From: Clostridia bacterium
Lineage (GTDB): Bacteria; Bacillota; Clostridia; Oscillospirales; QAMX01
Assembly: GCA_017441705.1 (NCBI GenBank)
Contig: JAFRWU010000044.1
Location: 43,042 to 107,041 of the forward strand
Reading direction: 5' to 3'
DNA length: 64,000 nt
In this document: positions 9,260-19,237 of the stretch, one piece after another
Layout: the number at the start of each line of letters is the position of its first letter
Position numbering within the stretch: position 1 is the stretch's first letter
Notes under the pieces: model-generated
What the model was told of the DNA's origin: nothing
Seen by the model: only the letters and a program-made list of their open reading frames with translations
Databases searched by the model: none
Position numbers and translations under genes: made by a program

Positions 9260-11065
9260 TTATATCTCATTTTTGCCGCTTGTCAAATCCTCGCTGAGGA
9301 TCATCCGCGGCGAGAACACCGTATCCAGCTTGTATCCCAGAAGATCGGGATCGATCCGCGCGATCGCGGTGCCGACCACCGGCTTTTCGCGGATGCTTCC
9401 GCTCATGGTTTCGGCGAAGCGCAGCAGGAAAGCCTTGCCCGGCTTTTCATCCGCCCGCAGTTCCATTTTGTCTCCGTCGAGATAAAAGCGGAACACGCGC
9501 CGGAACGGCGTTTCGACGAACCGGATATCCAGAACCAGGGCCGGTCTGCCATCCTCGTCGAAGGCAAAGCGGCCGCGGGTCCTCAGGATCCATTCGGTCC
9601 CGCCGAAGCGTTCCCGGCTTTCCTTCCATTCCCCGATCCCGACCGGGATCGCGTGGGTATGCTTTCCTTCCGTAAACGTCACGGTGAAGGATCCCTGCAT
9701 CCCGAAGGAAAGGCGCGACAGGCCGGGCGTATACTCGTTTTCCACCGCCTGCATCACCCGGGGCATCACGCCGAGGGAGTAATCGATCCGGTCCGGAAGA
9801 TACGATCTGTTCAGGAAGGGGAGCGCGCCTTCGGGAAGCTCCGCTCCCTTTGCCTTGTCCTTTCTGCGGAAGAAGGAGAAGAATAACTGCTTTGCGCTTT
9901 TCTGCGCCGGCGTTTCCCGTGCGGTATCGCCGTCCCGAAAGCTTTTGACCGTCTCCTCCAGATCCGGAAGGCCCTCCCCCGGTTCCGCTGCGCGGAGGGT
10001 CTTCGCGGCAAAATACTCGTCGCACAGGCCGAAAAACGGCCCCTGCTGAAACAGGTCGGCGTTGGAAGCGTTCAGGACCACGCTGAACCCGGTGTCGGGA
10101 TAGACGATGGCGTTCTGCCCGAACATGCCGTTGAAAAGACGCGAGCCGGTCTCGTTTCCCACCCAGATATGAAGACCGTAGGAAAAATCGCCGTTTTCTT
10201 CCTCCGGTTTGATCGCCGGGCGGCACATGGCCTCCACCCAGCGCCCGGACAGGAGCTTCTTTCCCCGGAATACGCCGTTTTGCCGCACCAGCTCGGCGAT
10301 CTTCAGGAGATCCTCCGGGCGGATATATAAGCCCCATCCTCCCTTTTCCACGCCGTCCGGGCTTTTCTCCCAGTACACGTTTTCGATTTCCAGCGGCTTG
10401 AAGAGTTTCCGTTCCAGGTAGGCGAAAAGCCCCATCCCGCTCTTTTCCCTGACGACCGCCGAAAGCAGGAAGGAATTCAGGCTGTTGTACTGAAAAGCCG
10501 ATCCCGGAATGCCGTGAAGGCCGTCCTCAAAATAGTCGCGCACCCATTCGACGCTGGCCATGGACTGGAATTCGTTGAAATCCGCAAGACTCGACATCGT
10601 CAGAAGATGCCGGAGATTCAGACCTGCCAGGCCGATCTTCTGCAGCGGCTGGATCTTGTCGGGGAAGATATCGATCAGCTTCTCGTCCAGCCGCAGCTTG
10701 CCCTCGTCAAACAGGAATCCGACGGCAAGCCCGGTCAGGGTCTTGCTTTCGGAAAAGACGTTTTTCCACAGATCGAAAGAAGCGGGCTCCTTCGCCGCTT
10801 CCAGAACGACGCGCCCGTTGCGGGCGACGATGACGCTCTCCGCCCCGATCTCCTTTTCTCCGGAAAGGCGGGCGAGGAATTCCGCCATGCGCCCGGATAC
10901 CGCCTGTTCCTCCTCCGGTCTTGCGCGATCGAACGGCGATCTGACCGGCGACGCGGCAAAAGGCGGTTTTTTGTCCGGCAGCCGTACCGCCGGTTCGCAG
11001 GGTTTCCGCGTATCGGCGATGCGCAGCGCCAGCGACACCGACCGGTTCAAAAGCTGAATCTTCAT
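9260..11065 (-). CDS. serine hydrolase of the beta-lactamase/PBP (class C-like) fold with a long C-terminal extension
   Basis: S-x-x-K motif in FSESKTLTGLAVGFL and the general layout of beta-lactamase-family esterases. The C-terminal ~230 aa have no motif I recognise. Confidence 0.75.
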   Translation of the reverse strand: MKIQLLNRSVSLALRIADTRKPCEPAVRLPDKKPPFAASPVRSPFDRARPEEEQAVSGRMAEFLARLSGEKEIGAESVIVARNGRVVLEAAKEPASFDLWKNVFSESKTLTGLAVGFLFDEGKLRLDEKLIDIFPDKIQPLQKIGLAGLNLRHLLTMSSLADFNEFQSMASVEWVRDYFEDGLHGIPGSAFQYNSLNSFLLSAVVREKSGMGLFAYLERKLFKPLEIENVYWEKSPDGVEKGGWGLYIRPEDLLKIAELVRQNGVFRGKKLLSGRWVEAMCRPAIKPEEENGDFSYGLHIWVGNETGSRLFNGMFGQNAIVYPDTGFSVVLNASNADLFQQGPFFGLCDEYFAAKTLRAAEPGEGLPDLEETVKSFRDGDTARETPAQKSAKQLFFSFFRRKDKAKGAELPEGALPFLNRSYLPDRIDYSLGVMPRVMQAVENEYTPGLSRLSFGMQGSFTVTFTEGKHTHAIPVGIGEWKESRERFGGTEWILRTRGRFAFDEDGRPALVLDIRFVETPFRRVFRFYLDGDKMELRADEKPGKAFLLRFAETMSGSIREKPVVGTAIARIDPDLLGYKLDTVFSPRMILSEDLTSGKNEI

Positions 11066-11097
11066 CCCTGTCTCCTTTCTGGTCCTTTGCTTTCTCT

Positions 11098-11126
11098 ATT
11101 CTATCCCATGCATGCGTTTTTGTCAA
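11098..11126 (-). promoter_or_regulatory. sigma-A type promoter for the serine hydrolase/galT unit
   Basis: Minus strand: TTGACA (11126-11121), 17 nt, TAGAAT (11103-11098). Confidence 0.55.
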
Positions 11127-11147
11127 AGCCATTTTAGGCTTTCGCTC

Positions 11148-11176
11148 TTGCGAAAAACAGCGGAATATGATATGAT
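11148..11176 (+). promoter_or_regulatory. sigma-A type promoter for the ACT/UPF0210 unit
   Basis: TTGCGA (11148-11153), 17-nt spacer ending in TGa, TATGAT (11171-11176). Confidence 0.5.
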
Positions 11177-11213
11177 TTGACGAGATCAGAACGACAGAAA
11201 GGATCCTTTATCC

Positions 11214-11483
11214 ATGCGTGCGATTATTTGCGTCACCGGCCGCGATTCGGTCGGCATCATCGCCGCGGTCAGCGCTGTCTGCGCGTCCTGCGGCGCCAAT
11301 ATCGTCGATATCAACCAGTCCGTGCTGAAGGACTTCTTCACCATGGTGATGCTGGTGGAGATCGACCGGCTGACTCTCCCCTTCCCGGAATTCTCCGGAA
11401 AGCTTTCTTCTCTGGGGAGCGAGCGCGGTCTGGATATCCACACCATGCACGAGGATATCTTCAATTCGATGCATCGCATCTGA
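11214..11483 (+). CDS. ACT-domain protein (UPF0237-like)
   Basis: 89 aa. [19 protein letters not shown]...[19 protein letters not shown] fits a small stand-alone ACT domain. AGAAAGGA RBS. Confidence 0.75.
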   Translation: MRAIICVTGRDSVGIIAAVSAVCASCGANIVDINQSVLKDFFTMVMLVEIDRLTLPFPEFSGKLSSLGSERGLDIHTMHEDIFNSMHRI

Positions 11484-11494
11484 AAGGGACCGAC

Positions 11495-12853
11495 ATGCTG
11501 AATATTGAGGACATCATCGAAACCGTCAACATGATCCGGGATGAAAACCTGGACATCCGCACCATCACGATGGGCATTTCTCTTTTCGACTGCGTATCGG
11601 ACGATCCGGACCGCTTCGCCGGACGGATCTATGACAAAATCACCCGGACGGCCTCCCGTCTGGTCCCATGCGGCGAAGAACTCGAGACCCTTTACGGCAT
11701 CCCCATCATCAACAAGCGCATCGCCGTAACGCCGATCTCCCTGTTGGGGGGAAGCCTCGGCCCGGACGCCTATCTCAAGGCGGCGAAAGCCATGGACAGA
11801 GCGGCGAAGGAAATCGGCGTGAATTTCATCGGCGGCTTCGGCGCCCTGGTCCAGAAGGGCAGCACAAAAGGCGCCGACGCGCTTCTCTCGGTCCTTCCGG
11901 AGGCGCTTTCCGAAACCGAGCTGGTCTGTTCTTCGGTGAACGTGGCCTCCACCAAAGCCGGGATCAATATGGACGCGGTGGCGCGCATGGGAAGGATCAT
12001 CCGCGAGACGGCCTACCTGACGCGCGACCGGGAAAGCATCGGATGCGCAAAGCTCGTGGTGTTTGCCAACGTGCCTCAGGACAATCCCTTTATGGCGGGA
12101 GCCTTTCACGGCTTCGGAGAGCCGGAATGCTGCGTCAACGTAGGCGTGTCCGGACCCGGCGTGGTGGCAAACGCCGTCGCGCGCGCCGGGAACTGCGACT
12201 TTTCGACCCTGGCCGACGTCATCAAGAAAACCGCCTTCAAAATCACGCGCATGGGGCAGCTCATGGCCCACGAAGCCTCCAAAAGGCTCGGCGTCCCCTA
12301 CGGCATCGTGGATCTTTCCCTGGCGCCGACGCCGGCTCAGGGCGACTCGGTGGCGCGGATCCTGGAGGGCATGGGTCTTGAGATTTGCGGCGCGGCCGGG
12401 ACCACCGCCGCTCTCGCGCTTCTGAACGACGCGGTCAAGAAGGGGGGCGTCATGGCGTCCAGCCACGTAGGCGGCCTTTCCGGCGCCTTTATCCCCGTTT
12501 CCGAGGACGCCGGCATGATCGAAGCGGTGGAAAAAAACGCTCTCAGTCTGGAAAAGCTGGAAGCCATGACCGCCGTTTGCTCGGTCGGACTCGATATGAT
12601 CGCCATACCCGGCGACACGCCGGAAGACGTGATCTGCGGCATCATTGCCGACGAGATCTCCATCGGCGTCGCCAACAACAAAACGACCGCCGTCCGTCTG
12701 ATCCCCGCGTACGGCCGGAAGGAGGGCGACAGCGTTTCCTTCGGAGGTCTTCTGGGTCACGCGCCGGTGATGCGCGTTCCCGGCGCTTCCCCCGCCGCCT
12801 TTATCGCGCGCGGAGGACGTATCCCGGCTCCCATTCATTCTCTGCGCAACTGA
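11495..12853 (+). CDS. UPF0210/DUF711 (PFL-like) family protein
   Basis: From ATG 11495: [33 protein letters not shown], the N-terminus I associate with UPF0210. It lies 11 nt after its usual ACT partner. The upstream 106 codons of the track ORF overlap the ACT gene and are Arg-rich noise. Confidence 0.75.
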   Translation: MLNIEDIIETVNMIRDENLDIRTITMGISLFDCVSDDPDRFAGRIYDKITRTASRLVPCGEELETLYGIPIINKRIAVTPISLLGGSLGPDAYLKAAKAMDRAAKEIGVNFIGGFGALVQKGSTKGADALLSVLPEALSETELVCSSVNVASTKAGINMDAVARMGRIIRETAYLTRDRESIGCAKLVVFANVPQDNPFMAGAFHGFGEPECCVNVGVSGPGVVANAVARAGNCDFSTLADVIKKTAFKITRMGQLMAHEASKRLGVPYGIVDLSLAPTPAQGDSVARILEGMGLEICGAAGTTAALALLNDAVKKGGVMASSHVGGLSGAFIPVSEDAGMIEAVEKNALSLEKLEAMTAVCSVGLDMIAIPGDTPEDVICGIIADEISIGVANNKTTAVRLIPAYGRKEGDSVSFGGLLGHAPVMRVPGASPAAFIARGGRIPAPIHSLRN

Positions 12854-12872
12854 AAGACGCCGTCCGCTCCGA

Positions 12873-12901
12873 TTGACGAGAGCGGGCGGTTGTGGTATAC
12901 T
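12873..12901 (+). promoter_or_regulatory. sigma-A type promoter for the methyltransferase-ecf-truA block
   Basis: TTGACG (12873-12878), 17-nt spacer ending in TGg, TATACT (12896-12901). A 10-bp hairpin (12860-12889) overlaps the -35 box. Confidence 0.5.
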
Positions 12902-12935
12902 GTAAAGAAGACTCTATGGAATCGCAGGAAAGGAC

Positions 12936-13802
12936 GTGTCGAAAAGCGGTATGTGGATCGCCCGGAACTGGAAGGATTACGAGCTCTTGGACTGCGGCGG
13001 CGGTCTCCGTCTTGAGCGTTGGGGCCGGTACGTCCTGACGCGTCCCGATCCGGTAGCCCTGTGGGAGCCCGAAAAGCCGTCGCTCTGGCAGAAAAGCGAC
13101 GCCGTTTATCACCGGTCGGCCTCCGGTGGCGGAAGCTGGGAGATCTCAAAGCTTCCCCCGTCCTGGGAGATCGGCTACCGTGATCTTCGATTCCGGATCA
13201 AGCCTATGGGGTTCAAGCATACCGGCCTTTTCCCCGAACAGGCCGTGAACTGGGACTGGATCAGGGATACCCTTGCCGCGCCTCCTTCCGGTATGCGGGT
13301 TTTGAACCTCTTTTCCTACACCGGCGGCGCGACCGTCGCCGCTGCCGCCGCCGGAGCCGAAGTCACGCACGTGGACGCCGCGCGCGGCATCGTTCAGCAG
13401 GCCAGGGAAAACGCGGCGCTTTCCGGTCTTGCCGACGCGCCTATCCGCTACATTACCGACGACTGCAGGAAATTCATCGCGCGCGAGGCGCGCCGCGGGA
13501 AAACCTACGACGCGGTGATCCTCGATCCGCCCTCCTACGGGCGGGGCGCGAACGGAGAAGTCTGGAAGCTGGAGGACGATCTCTATCCCTTTCTGCTCGA
13601 TCTCAGAAAGCTCCTTTCCGACCGGCCGCGCTTTGTGCTTCTGAATTCCTATACCGCGGGGCTTTCTCCCGCCGCCGGCGCATACGTCATGTCCGCCGCC
13701 TTCCCCGAATCGCGCGTCACGTCCGACGAGGTCGGCCTGCCGGTGGTCTCCACGGGGCGCGCTCTTCCCTGCGGCATCGCGGTGCGCGCCGAATTTTCGT
13801 GA
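12936..13802 (+). CDS. class I SAM-dependent methyltransferase (RlmI/RlmK-like)
   Basis: VLNLFSYTGGATVAAA (SAM-binding loop) and ILDPPSYGRG (DPPxY/F catalytic motif). The start is uncertain: GTG 12936 or ATG 12951. Confidence 0.75.
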   Translation: MSKSGMWIARNWKDYELLDCGGGLRLERWGRYVLTRPDPVALWEPEKPSLWQKSDAVYHRSASGGGSWEISKLPPSWEIGYRDLRFRIKPMGFKHTGLFPEQAVNWDWIRDTLAAPPSGMRVLNLFSYTGGATVAAAAAGAEVTHVDAARGIVQQARENAALSGLADAPIRYITDDCRKFIAREARRGKTYDAVILDPPSYGRGANGEVWKLEDDLYPFLLDLRKLLSDRPRFVLLNSYTAGLSPAAGAYVMSAAFPESRVTSDEVGLPVVSTGRALPCGIAVRAEFS

Positions 13803-13837
13803 ATCACGCCGTCTTAACGGCTTTTGAAGGATCATTT

Positions 13838-14683
13838 ATGTACGAAGCCCAAAACCTGACCTATCGATACGACGAGAATGCTCGCGCGGTGATCGACGGG
13901 CTTGATCTGAAAATCGAGGACGGAAGCTTTACCGTGCTGATCGGTCACAACGGATCGGGCAAATCGACCCTTGCCAAGCATTTCAACGCGTTTCTGCTGC
14001 CCACCGGCGGCAAAGTCTATATCAAAGGTCTCGACAGCGCCGCGGAGGAAAACCTTCCCCTGATCCGGCGCATCTCGGGAATGGTGTTTCAGAATCCCGA
14101 CAACCAGATCGTCGCGGCAGTGGTGGAGGACGACGTTGCCTTCGGGCTCGAAAATCTCGGCGTTCCCACCGAAGAGATGAGAAAGCGGGTGGACGAAGCT
14201 CTGACCCGCGTCGGCATGTACGATTTCCGGCTGCACGCGCCGAACCTTCTGTCCGGCGGACAGAAACAGCGGGTCGCCATTGCCGGAATCATCGCCATGC
14301 GCCCCGAGGCCATCCTTCTGGACGAGCCCACGGCCATGCTGGATCCCCGCGGCAGGCAGGAAGTACTGGATACCATCGCCATGCTCAACCGGGAATACCA
14401 CATCACCATCGTTCTGATCACGCATCATATGAACGAGGCGATCGGCGCCGACCGGGTGGTCGTCCTGAATCGGGGAAAAATCGTTTTCGACGGGACTCCG
14501 AAGGAGGTCTTCCCCCACGTGGAAGAGCTGCGCGCCCTCGGGCTGGAGGTTCCCACCACGGTATCGCTTCTTTACGATCTGCGAAAAGAAGGGCTCGATC
14601 TTCCTCTGGACGCCCTGACGGTGGAGGAATGCGGCGACGCCCTGATCAACGCCCTCGGGCAAAAGAAAGGATCTTCATTTTGA
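13838..14683 (+). CDS. ecfA: ECF transporter energizing ATPase EcfA1
   Basis: Walker A GHNGSGKST, signature LSGGQKQR, Walker B ILLDEPTAMLD. It is the first gene of the A-A'-T order. ATG 13838 follows GAAGGA. Confidence 0.9.
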   Translation: MYEAQNLTYRYDENARAVIDGLDLKIEDGSFTVLIGHNGSGKSTLAKHFNAFLLPTGGKVYIKGLDSAAEENLPLIRRISGMVFQNPDNQIVAAVVEDDVAFGLENLGVPTEEMRKRVDEALTRVGMYDFRLHAPNLLSGGQKQRVAIAGIIAMRPEAILLDEPTAMLDPRGRQEVLDTIAMLNREYHITIVLITHHMNEAIGADRVVVLNRGKIVFDGTPKEVFPHVEELRALGLEVPTTVSLLYDLRKEGLDLPLDALTVEECGDALINALGQKKGSSF

Positions 14684-15558
14684 CCGAATCGACACCCCTT
14701 CTGGAGGTACGGAACCTCACCCATATCTACGGAGAAGGCACCCCCTTCCGTCATGTGGCGCTGGAAGACTGCAGTCTGAAGATCGGAAGAGGCGAGCTGA
14801 TCGGTCTGATCGGTCATACCGGATCGGGCAAATCCACCCTGACCCAGCATTTCAACGGTCTTCTCAAGCCCACCTCCGGCGAGGTCCTTCTCAAAGGCGA
14901 GAATATCTTCCGGTCCAAAAAAGCGACCCTTGAAGCGAGGTCCTGCGTGGGTCTTGTGATGCAGTATCCCGAGTATCAGCTTTTTGAAGAGACCGTGCGC
15001 AAGGATATCGCCTTCGGTCCCTCCAATCAGGGGCTTAAAGGAAAGGAGCTTGACGAACGCGTCGCGATGGCCGCCGACGCCGTCCGTCTCCCTTCCTCCC
15101 TTCTCGACGTCTCTCCCTTCGAGCTTTCGGGCGGCGAAAAGCGCCGGGCGGCCATCGCCGGCGTGATCGCCATGGAGCCGGAGCTCCTGATCCTGGACGA
15201 GCCCACCGCCGGTCTTGATCCCGGCGGCCGCCGGGAGATCCTGGACCTGATTGCCGATTACCGCAATCGCGAGGGAAAAAGCATCCTTTTCGTCAGTCAC
15301 AGCATGGACACTGTGGCGGAGGTCTGCTCCCGGATCCTGGTGATGAACAAATCGAAGCTCGTGATGGACGGCCTTCCGGAGGAGGTTTTCATTCACGCGG
15401 AGGAGCTGCGGGACATGGGACTCGCGCTTCCCGAAATCACCGAGATCTTTTCTTACCTCGCCTCCCGCGGCGTCGCATTCGAAAAGCCCGTCTATACCCG
15501 GGATTACGCCGTGCGCAAGCTCCTTGCGCTCTTTCGGAAGGAGGAACGAAGCCTTTGA
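14680..15558 (+). CDS. ecfA: ECF transporter energizing ATPase EcfA2
   Basis: GHTGSGKST, LSGGEKRR, LILDEPTAGLD. TTG 14680 overlaps the EcfA1 stop (TTGA) and follows AAAGAAAGGA. Confidence 0.88.
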   Translation: MTESTPLLEVRNLTHIYGEGTPFRHVALEDCSLKIGRGELIGLIGHTGSGKSTLTQHFNGLLKPTSGEVLLKGENIFRSKKATLEARSCVGLVMQYPEYQLFEETVRKDIAFGPSNQGLKGKELDERVAMAADAVRLPSSLLDVSPFELSGGEKRRAAIAGVIAMEPELLILDEPTAGLDPGGRREILDLIADYRNREGKSILFVSHSMDTVAEVCSRILVMNKSKLVMDGLPEEVFIHAEELRDMGLALPEITEIFSYLASRGVAFEKPVYTRDYAVRKLLALFRKEERSL

Positions 15559-16358
15559 ATACCAGCATCACCATCGGCCAGTATATCCCTCTCTCCTCTC
15601 CGATCCACCGTCTTGACGCCCGCATCAAGCTGGGACTGACCCTTCTCTATATCGTCACGGTTTTCTTTGCCCAGAACGTTCTGACCTACGCGATGGTCTT
15701 TTGCTATCTTGCACTTGCCGTGATCCTTTCCCGGATCCGCGTCTCCATGATCCTGAAATCGCTCAAGCCTTTGACTCTGGTCCTGATTTTCACGATCCTG
15801 ATCAACGTGTTCTACGCCCGCGGCGAAGTGATCTGGCAGTGGTGGATCTTCAAGATCGCCTGGGAAGGCATCTTCATTGCATTGAAAATGTCCATCCGTA
15901 TCATCCTATTGGTGGCCGGTTCGTCGCTTCTGACCTATACCACCTCTCCGATCATGCTGACCGACGCCATCGAGGCGCTGCTTTCTCCCCTGAAGCTCTT
16001 CCGCGTGCCGGTGGGAGAGCTTGCCATGATGATGAGCATCGCGCTGCGCTTCATTCCCACTCTGACCGAAGAGACCGCCAAGATCATGAACGCGCAGAAG
16101 GCGCGGGGCGCCGATTTTGAAACGGGCGGTCTCATCAAGCGCGCCAAGGCTCTGATCCCCATTCTGGTGCCGCTGTTCGTCAGCGCTTTTCGCCGGGCCG
16201 ACGAATTGGCCATGGCCATGGAAAGCCGCGCTTATACCGGAGGCGACGGCAGGACACGCCTGAAGCCCCTGAAGGCGCGTCCCTCCGACGTCCTCGCCCT
16301 GATCGGTTCGATCCTGTATTTCGCGGCATGCGCCGTTCTCGGCATACTGGGTTTCTGA
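15555..16358 (+). CDS. ecfT: ECF transporter transmembrane component EcfT
   Basis: Multi-TM protein with the conserved Ala-Arg-Gly loop (MNAQKARGADFE) and FRRADELAMAMESR. The TTGA start/stop overlap with ecfA2 follows GGAAGGAGGAA. Confidence 0.88.
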   Translation: MNTSITIGQYIPLSSPIHRLDARIKLGLTLLYIVTVFFAQNVLTYAMVFCYLALAVILSRIRVSMILKSLKPLTLVLIFTILINVFYARGEVIWQWWIFKIAWEGIFIALKMSIRIILLVAGSSLLTYTTSPIMLTDAIEALLSPLKLFRVPVGELAMMMSIALRFIPTLTEETAKIMNAQKARGADFETGGLIKRAKALIPILVPLFVSAFRRADELAMAMESRAYTGGDGRTRLKPLKARPSDVLALIGSILYFAACAVLGILGF

Positions 16359-16372
16359 CGATGGAAGGAGAT

Positions 16373-17164
16373 ATGAGAAATCTTGCGCTGATGCTCCGCT
16401 ACGACGGAACCAATTACCATGGATGGCAGTCTCAGAAAAACGGGACCACGGTACAGGAGGTCGTCTCCGGCGCGATCCTGCGTCTGACCGGCGAAAGACC
16501 TCTGCCGGAGCTTCACGGCGTTGGCCGCACCGACGCGGGCGTCCATGCCGTAAACTACGTTGCAAACTTCTTCACCGCTTCGACGATCCCCGCCGACCGT
16601 TTCCCCTACGCCATCCGGCCTTATCTTCCGTCCGATATCGCAGTGACCGGCGCCGCCGACGCGATCCCTTCCTTTCACGCCCGGTATTCCTGTCTGGAAA
16701 AAACCTATCGCTACCGGATCTACACCGGACGCGTCCCCGATCCGTTTTTGAAAAACCGGGCTTATTTCACGCCCTTCCGTCCCGACGCCGCCCTTATGAA
16801 AGAAGGCGCCGCCTGTCTTCTCGGCACCCACGATTTTGCGGCTTTCCGCGCTTCCAATTTCACGGCGAAGGGATCGGTGCGCACGATCACCCGTCTCGAC
16901 GTGGATGAAGAGGAACCGGGCCGTATCTCGATCACCGTCAGCGCCGACGGTTTTCTTTACAACATGGTCCGCATCATCGCGGGCACGCTCTATTATACGG
17001 GGATAGGCAAGCTTTCTCCATCCGACGTCAAACGCATCCTGGAGGGGAAAAGCAGACCGGAAGCCGGGATAACCCTGCCCCCCTGCGGACTTTATCTTCT
17101 TTCCGCGCGATATCCGGCGGGAAGCTTTCCCGGAGGTGACGAAGCCTTTGATCCGAAAGTTTAA
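16373..17164 (+). CDS. truA: tRNA pseudouridine(38-40) synthase TruA
   Basis: MRNLALMLRYDGTNYHGWQSQ and the catalytic GVGRTDAGVHA motif. ATG 16373 follows GGAAGGAG. Confidence 0.92.
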   Translation: MRNLALMLRYDGTNYHGWQSQKNGTTVQEVVSGAILRLTGERPLPELHGVGRTDAGVHAVNYVANFFTASTIPADRFPYAIRPYLPSDIAVTGAADAIPSFHARYSCLEKTYRYRIYTGRVPDPFLKNRAYFTPFRPDAALMKEGAACLLGTHDFAAFRASNFTAKGSVRTITRLDVDEEEPGRISITVSADGFLYNMVRIIAGTLYYTGIGKLSPSDVKRILEGKSRPEAGITLPPCGLYLLSARYPAGSFPGGDEAFDPKV

Positions 17165-18380
17165 GAAAAAAGAAGAGACCCCCGAAATCGATATCCCTCT
17201 GGCGCCGGAGGAGGAGCAAACCGGCCGGCGCGTCCTGAGCGAAAGCGAAAAAAGAGCGCGCCGGGCGCGCATCAAGAGCTTTTTCACCGCCTTTCTGGTG
17301 GCCCTGGTCCTGCTCGGCGCCGTGTTTGCCGTCGGATACCTTTATTCGATCCGAGACAAGGTCTCCGCCAGGAGCATCCGGAATTACTGGAACAGTCTCT
17401 GGGGGATCCGGATCTCCACCGACACGCTCGACTGGAATCTGACCGACAGCGCGGCATTCGCGCTCTATCAGGGCGGCGTCCTGGCCGCCGACCTTTCCGG
17501 GATCCGCCTGATCGGCACCGACGGGATCGAAACGTCCGCCGGGAACCACTCCTGGCAGGATCCTGTCCTGGAGGTTGCGGGAACCCGTTATCTCGTTTTC
17601 GATCGCTCCGATTCCTCTTTCTTTTTCGGCGAAGAGGACAAGGAGATCCTGTCCTCCGGTCCTTCGGGCGGGGTCGTGCGCGCTTCCCTTTCAGACGCCG
17701 GGCTGACCCTGATCAAAAGCGAAAGCGGCGACCTTGCCACCGTTGAAGTATATTCCAATACCGGAAAGCTTTTGTTTGAATACCATTCCACCGAGTTCTT
17801 CGGAGCCGGAGCCCTGCTTTCCGGCGACGGAAAGACCCTGGCGTTCCTCGGGCTTTCCGCATCCTCCACTTCCTTTGAGACGACGGTCCTGTTTCTGGAC
17901 GTGGAAAACGCCGAGCTCGCCGCAACGGTACCCCTCGGAGAAGCGCTTCCCCTGGGTCTCGCGGAGCTTTCGGACGGTGTCTTTGCCGTGATCACCGACA
18001 ATGCGCTCTATTCGGTCGAACGGGCAGGCAGACTTGTCGGTTCCACCCTTTTCGGCAGCGACACGCTTTCCTCCTACGCCTTCGGCAACGATTTTACGGC
18101 GCTCCTCTTCCGGCGGAACCAGACCGGCTCCCGGTATAAGCTCGTCACCTACGATTCCAATTCCTCGCCTCTCGGGTCGATTTCCCTCCTGCACGAGCCG
18201 CAGGCGATGGCGGCCGAAGGACGGCTTGTCGCTTTGGCATACGAAAGCGCCGTCGATCTCTTTCCCGCGGCGCTGGGTTCCCATTCGACGACCGAACTGG
18301 ATCACTACGTATCCGGAATCGCGCTTTCCAGGGAAGGCACGGTTCTGGCACTGTCCGACGGCACTCTCTATCTGAAATAA
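17136..18380 (+). CDS. membrane-anchored hypothetical protein, beta-propeller-like ectodomain (DUF5711-like, provisional)
   Basis: Basic N-terminus, one TM helix (FFTAFLVALVLLGAVFAVGYL), then about 330 aa of repeated short beta-strand-like segments. Protein-like composition. The start is uncertain (GTG 17136 or TTG 17148) and overlaps the truA end. Confidence 0.6.
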   Translation: MTKPLIRKFKKKEETPEIDIPLAPEEEQTGRRVLSESEKRARRARIKSFFTAFLVALVLLGAVFAVGYLYSIRDKVSARSIRNYWNSLWGIRISTDTLDWNLTDSAAFALYQGGVLAADLSGIRLIGTDGIETSAGNHSWQDPVLEVAGTRYLVFDRSDSSFFFGEEDKEILSSGPSGGVVRASLSDAGLTLIKSESGDLATVEVYSNTGKLLFEYHSTEFFGAGALLSGDGKTLAFLGLSASSTSFETTVLFLDVENAELAATVPLGEALPLGLAELSDGVFAVITDNALYSVERAGRLVGSTLFGSDTLSSYAFGNDFTALLFRRNQTGSRYKLVTYDSNSSPLGSISLLHEPQAMAAEGRLVALAYESAVDLFPAALGSHSTTELDHYVSGIALSREGTVLALSDGTLYLK

Positions 18381-18422
18381 CCTTTAGTCCGGCCGCCGGT
18401 TTTCCGAAAGGAGCGACTCGTT

Positions 18423-19085
18423 TTGATCGTTACCATCGTTCTTCTTGTCATACTCGCGCTCTTTACGGTCCTTGGACTGAAAAAGGGACTGATACGCACG
18501 GTTTTGACTCTCATCGGCAATATCGCCGCCTTTTATATCGCCCGCAAGCTGGCCGACTGGATCACTCCGATCATCGCCGGGGAAATCCCGCTTCCCGGCA
18601 TCGGGACTTCACTGACTTCGGCTCTCAACCGGGCGGAGCTTGCCGAACGCTCTCTGGATACGGTGACAAGAGTCCTGACCGAGTACGGCTTCCCGCCCAC
18701 GGCGGCGGCTGCCGTCGCGGAAAAGATCAATCTGGCCGACCCGCACAGTCTTGCGGTACAGGTTTCGAACACCCTGGATTTTCTGGTCGCCTACGTTCTG
18801 GTTTTCACCGTGGCTCTGATCGCGTCGATCCTGCTCCTGATCCTCCTGGCAGGCGTTCTGGAAGGACTGATGAAAATGCCCATCCTGCACATCGTCAACG
18901 TGATCGCCGGCGGCATTCTCGGCTTCGGCGCAGGCTTCGCCCTGTGCTGGATTTCGGTCCTTACCCTTTCCTTCGTCGCGCCATTGATCGACGCAGGCTT
19001 CAGCACGAGCCTGTGCTCTCTTCTGAACGCCAGTCCGCTTTACGACTTTTTCCTGCGCACCAATCCCTTCCAGCTCATTTTCTGA
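18423..19085 (+). CDS. cvpA: CvpA-family membrane protein
   Basis: MIVTIVLLVILALFTVLGLKKGLIRTVLTLIGNIAAFYIARKL matches the CvpA N-terminal pattern. Four or more TM segments. TTG start after AAAGGAG. Confidence 0.7.
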   Translation: MIVTIVLLVILALFTVLGLKKGLIRTVLTLIGNIAAFYIARKLADWITPIIAGEIPLPGIGTSLTSALNRAELAERSLDTVTRVLTEYGFPPTAAAAVAEKINLADPHSLAVQVSNTLDFLVAYVLVFTVALIASILLLILLAGVLEGLMKMPILHIVNVIAGGILGFGAGFALCWISVLTLSFVAPLIDAGFSTSLCSLLNASPLYDFFLRTNPFQLIF

Positions 19086-19109
19086 CCGGCAATACCGCGC
19101 TTTGCCCTC

Positions 19110-19138
19110 TTGACGGATAAGGGCCGCAAGACTATAAT
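19110..19138 (+). promoter_or_regulatory. sigma-A type promoter for the clpE-like gene
   Basis: TTGACG (19110-19115), 17 nt, TATAAT (19133-19138). The leader is ~95 nt and contains hairpin GTCTTCCGC / GCGGAAGAC. Confidence 0.6.
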
Positions 19139-19237
19139 ATAGTATTAGGCACATCGTCTTCCGCCTCTGCCCTTATGCGGAAGACCTCAGAAACGCCCGC
19201 GGCATGCGGGCGTGGAAAGGAATCCCCCAAGAACCCT

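Noticed and set aside
9260-11065. Beta-lactamase-fold protein as an antibiotic-resistance determinant.
   Set aside because: It has only the generic SxxK serine-hydrolase motif, no signal peptide, and a 601-aa length with an extra C-terminal domain. This fits cytoplasmic esterase or amidase relatives, not a secreted class A/C beta-lactamase.
4385-12838. Long antisense ORFs 4385-5989 (+), 6142-6963 (-), 6852-7853 (-), 7789-9297 (+), 9447-10337 (-), 10514-11137 (+) and 11186-12838 (-).
   Set aside because: Each lies opposite a gene with strong motif support (SNF2, XRE/S24, aqpZ, galT, serine hydrolase, UPF0210). All are Arg/Gly/Pro/His-rich, have no recognisable domains, and lack a promoter or RBS context.
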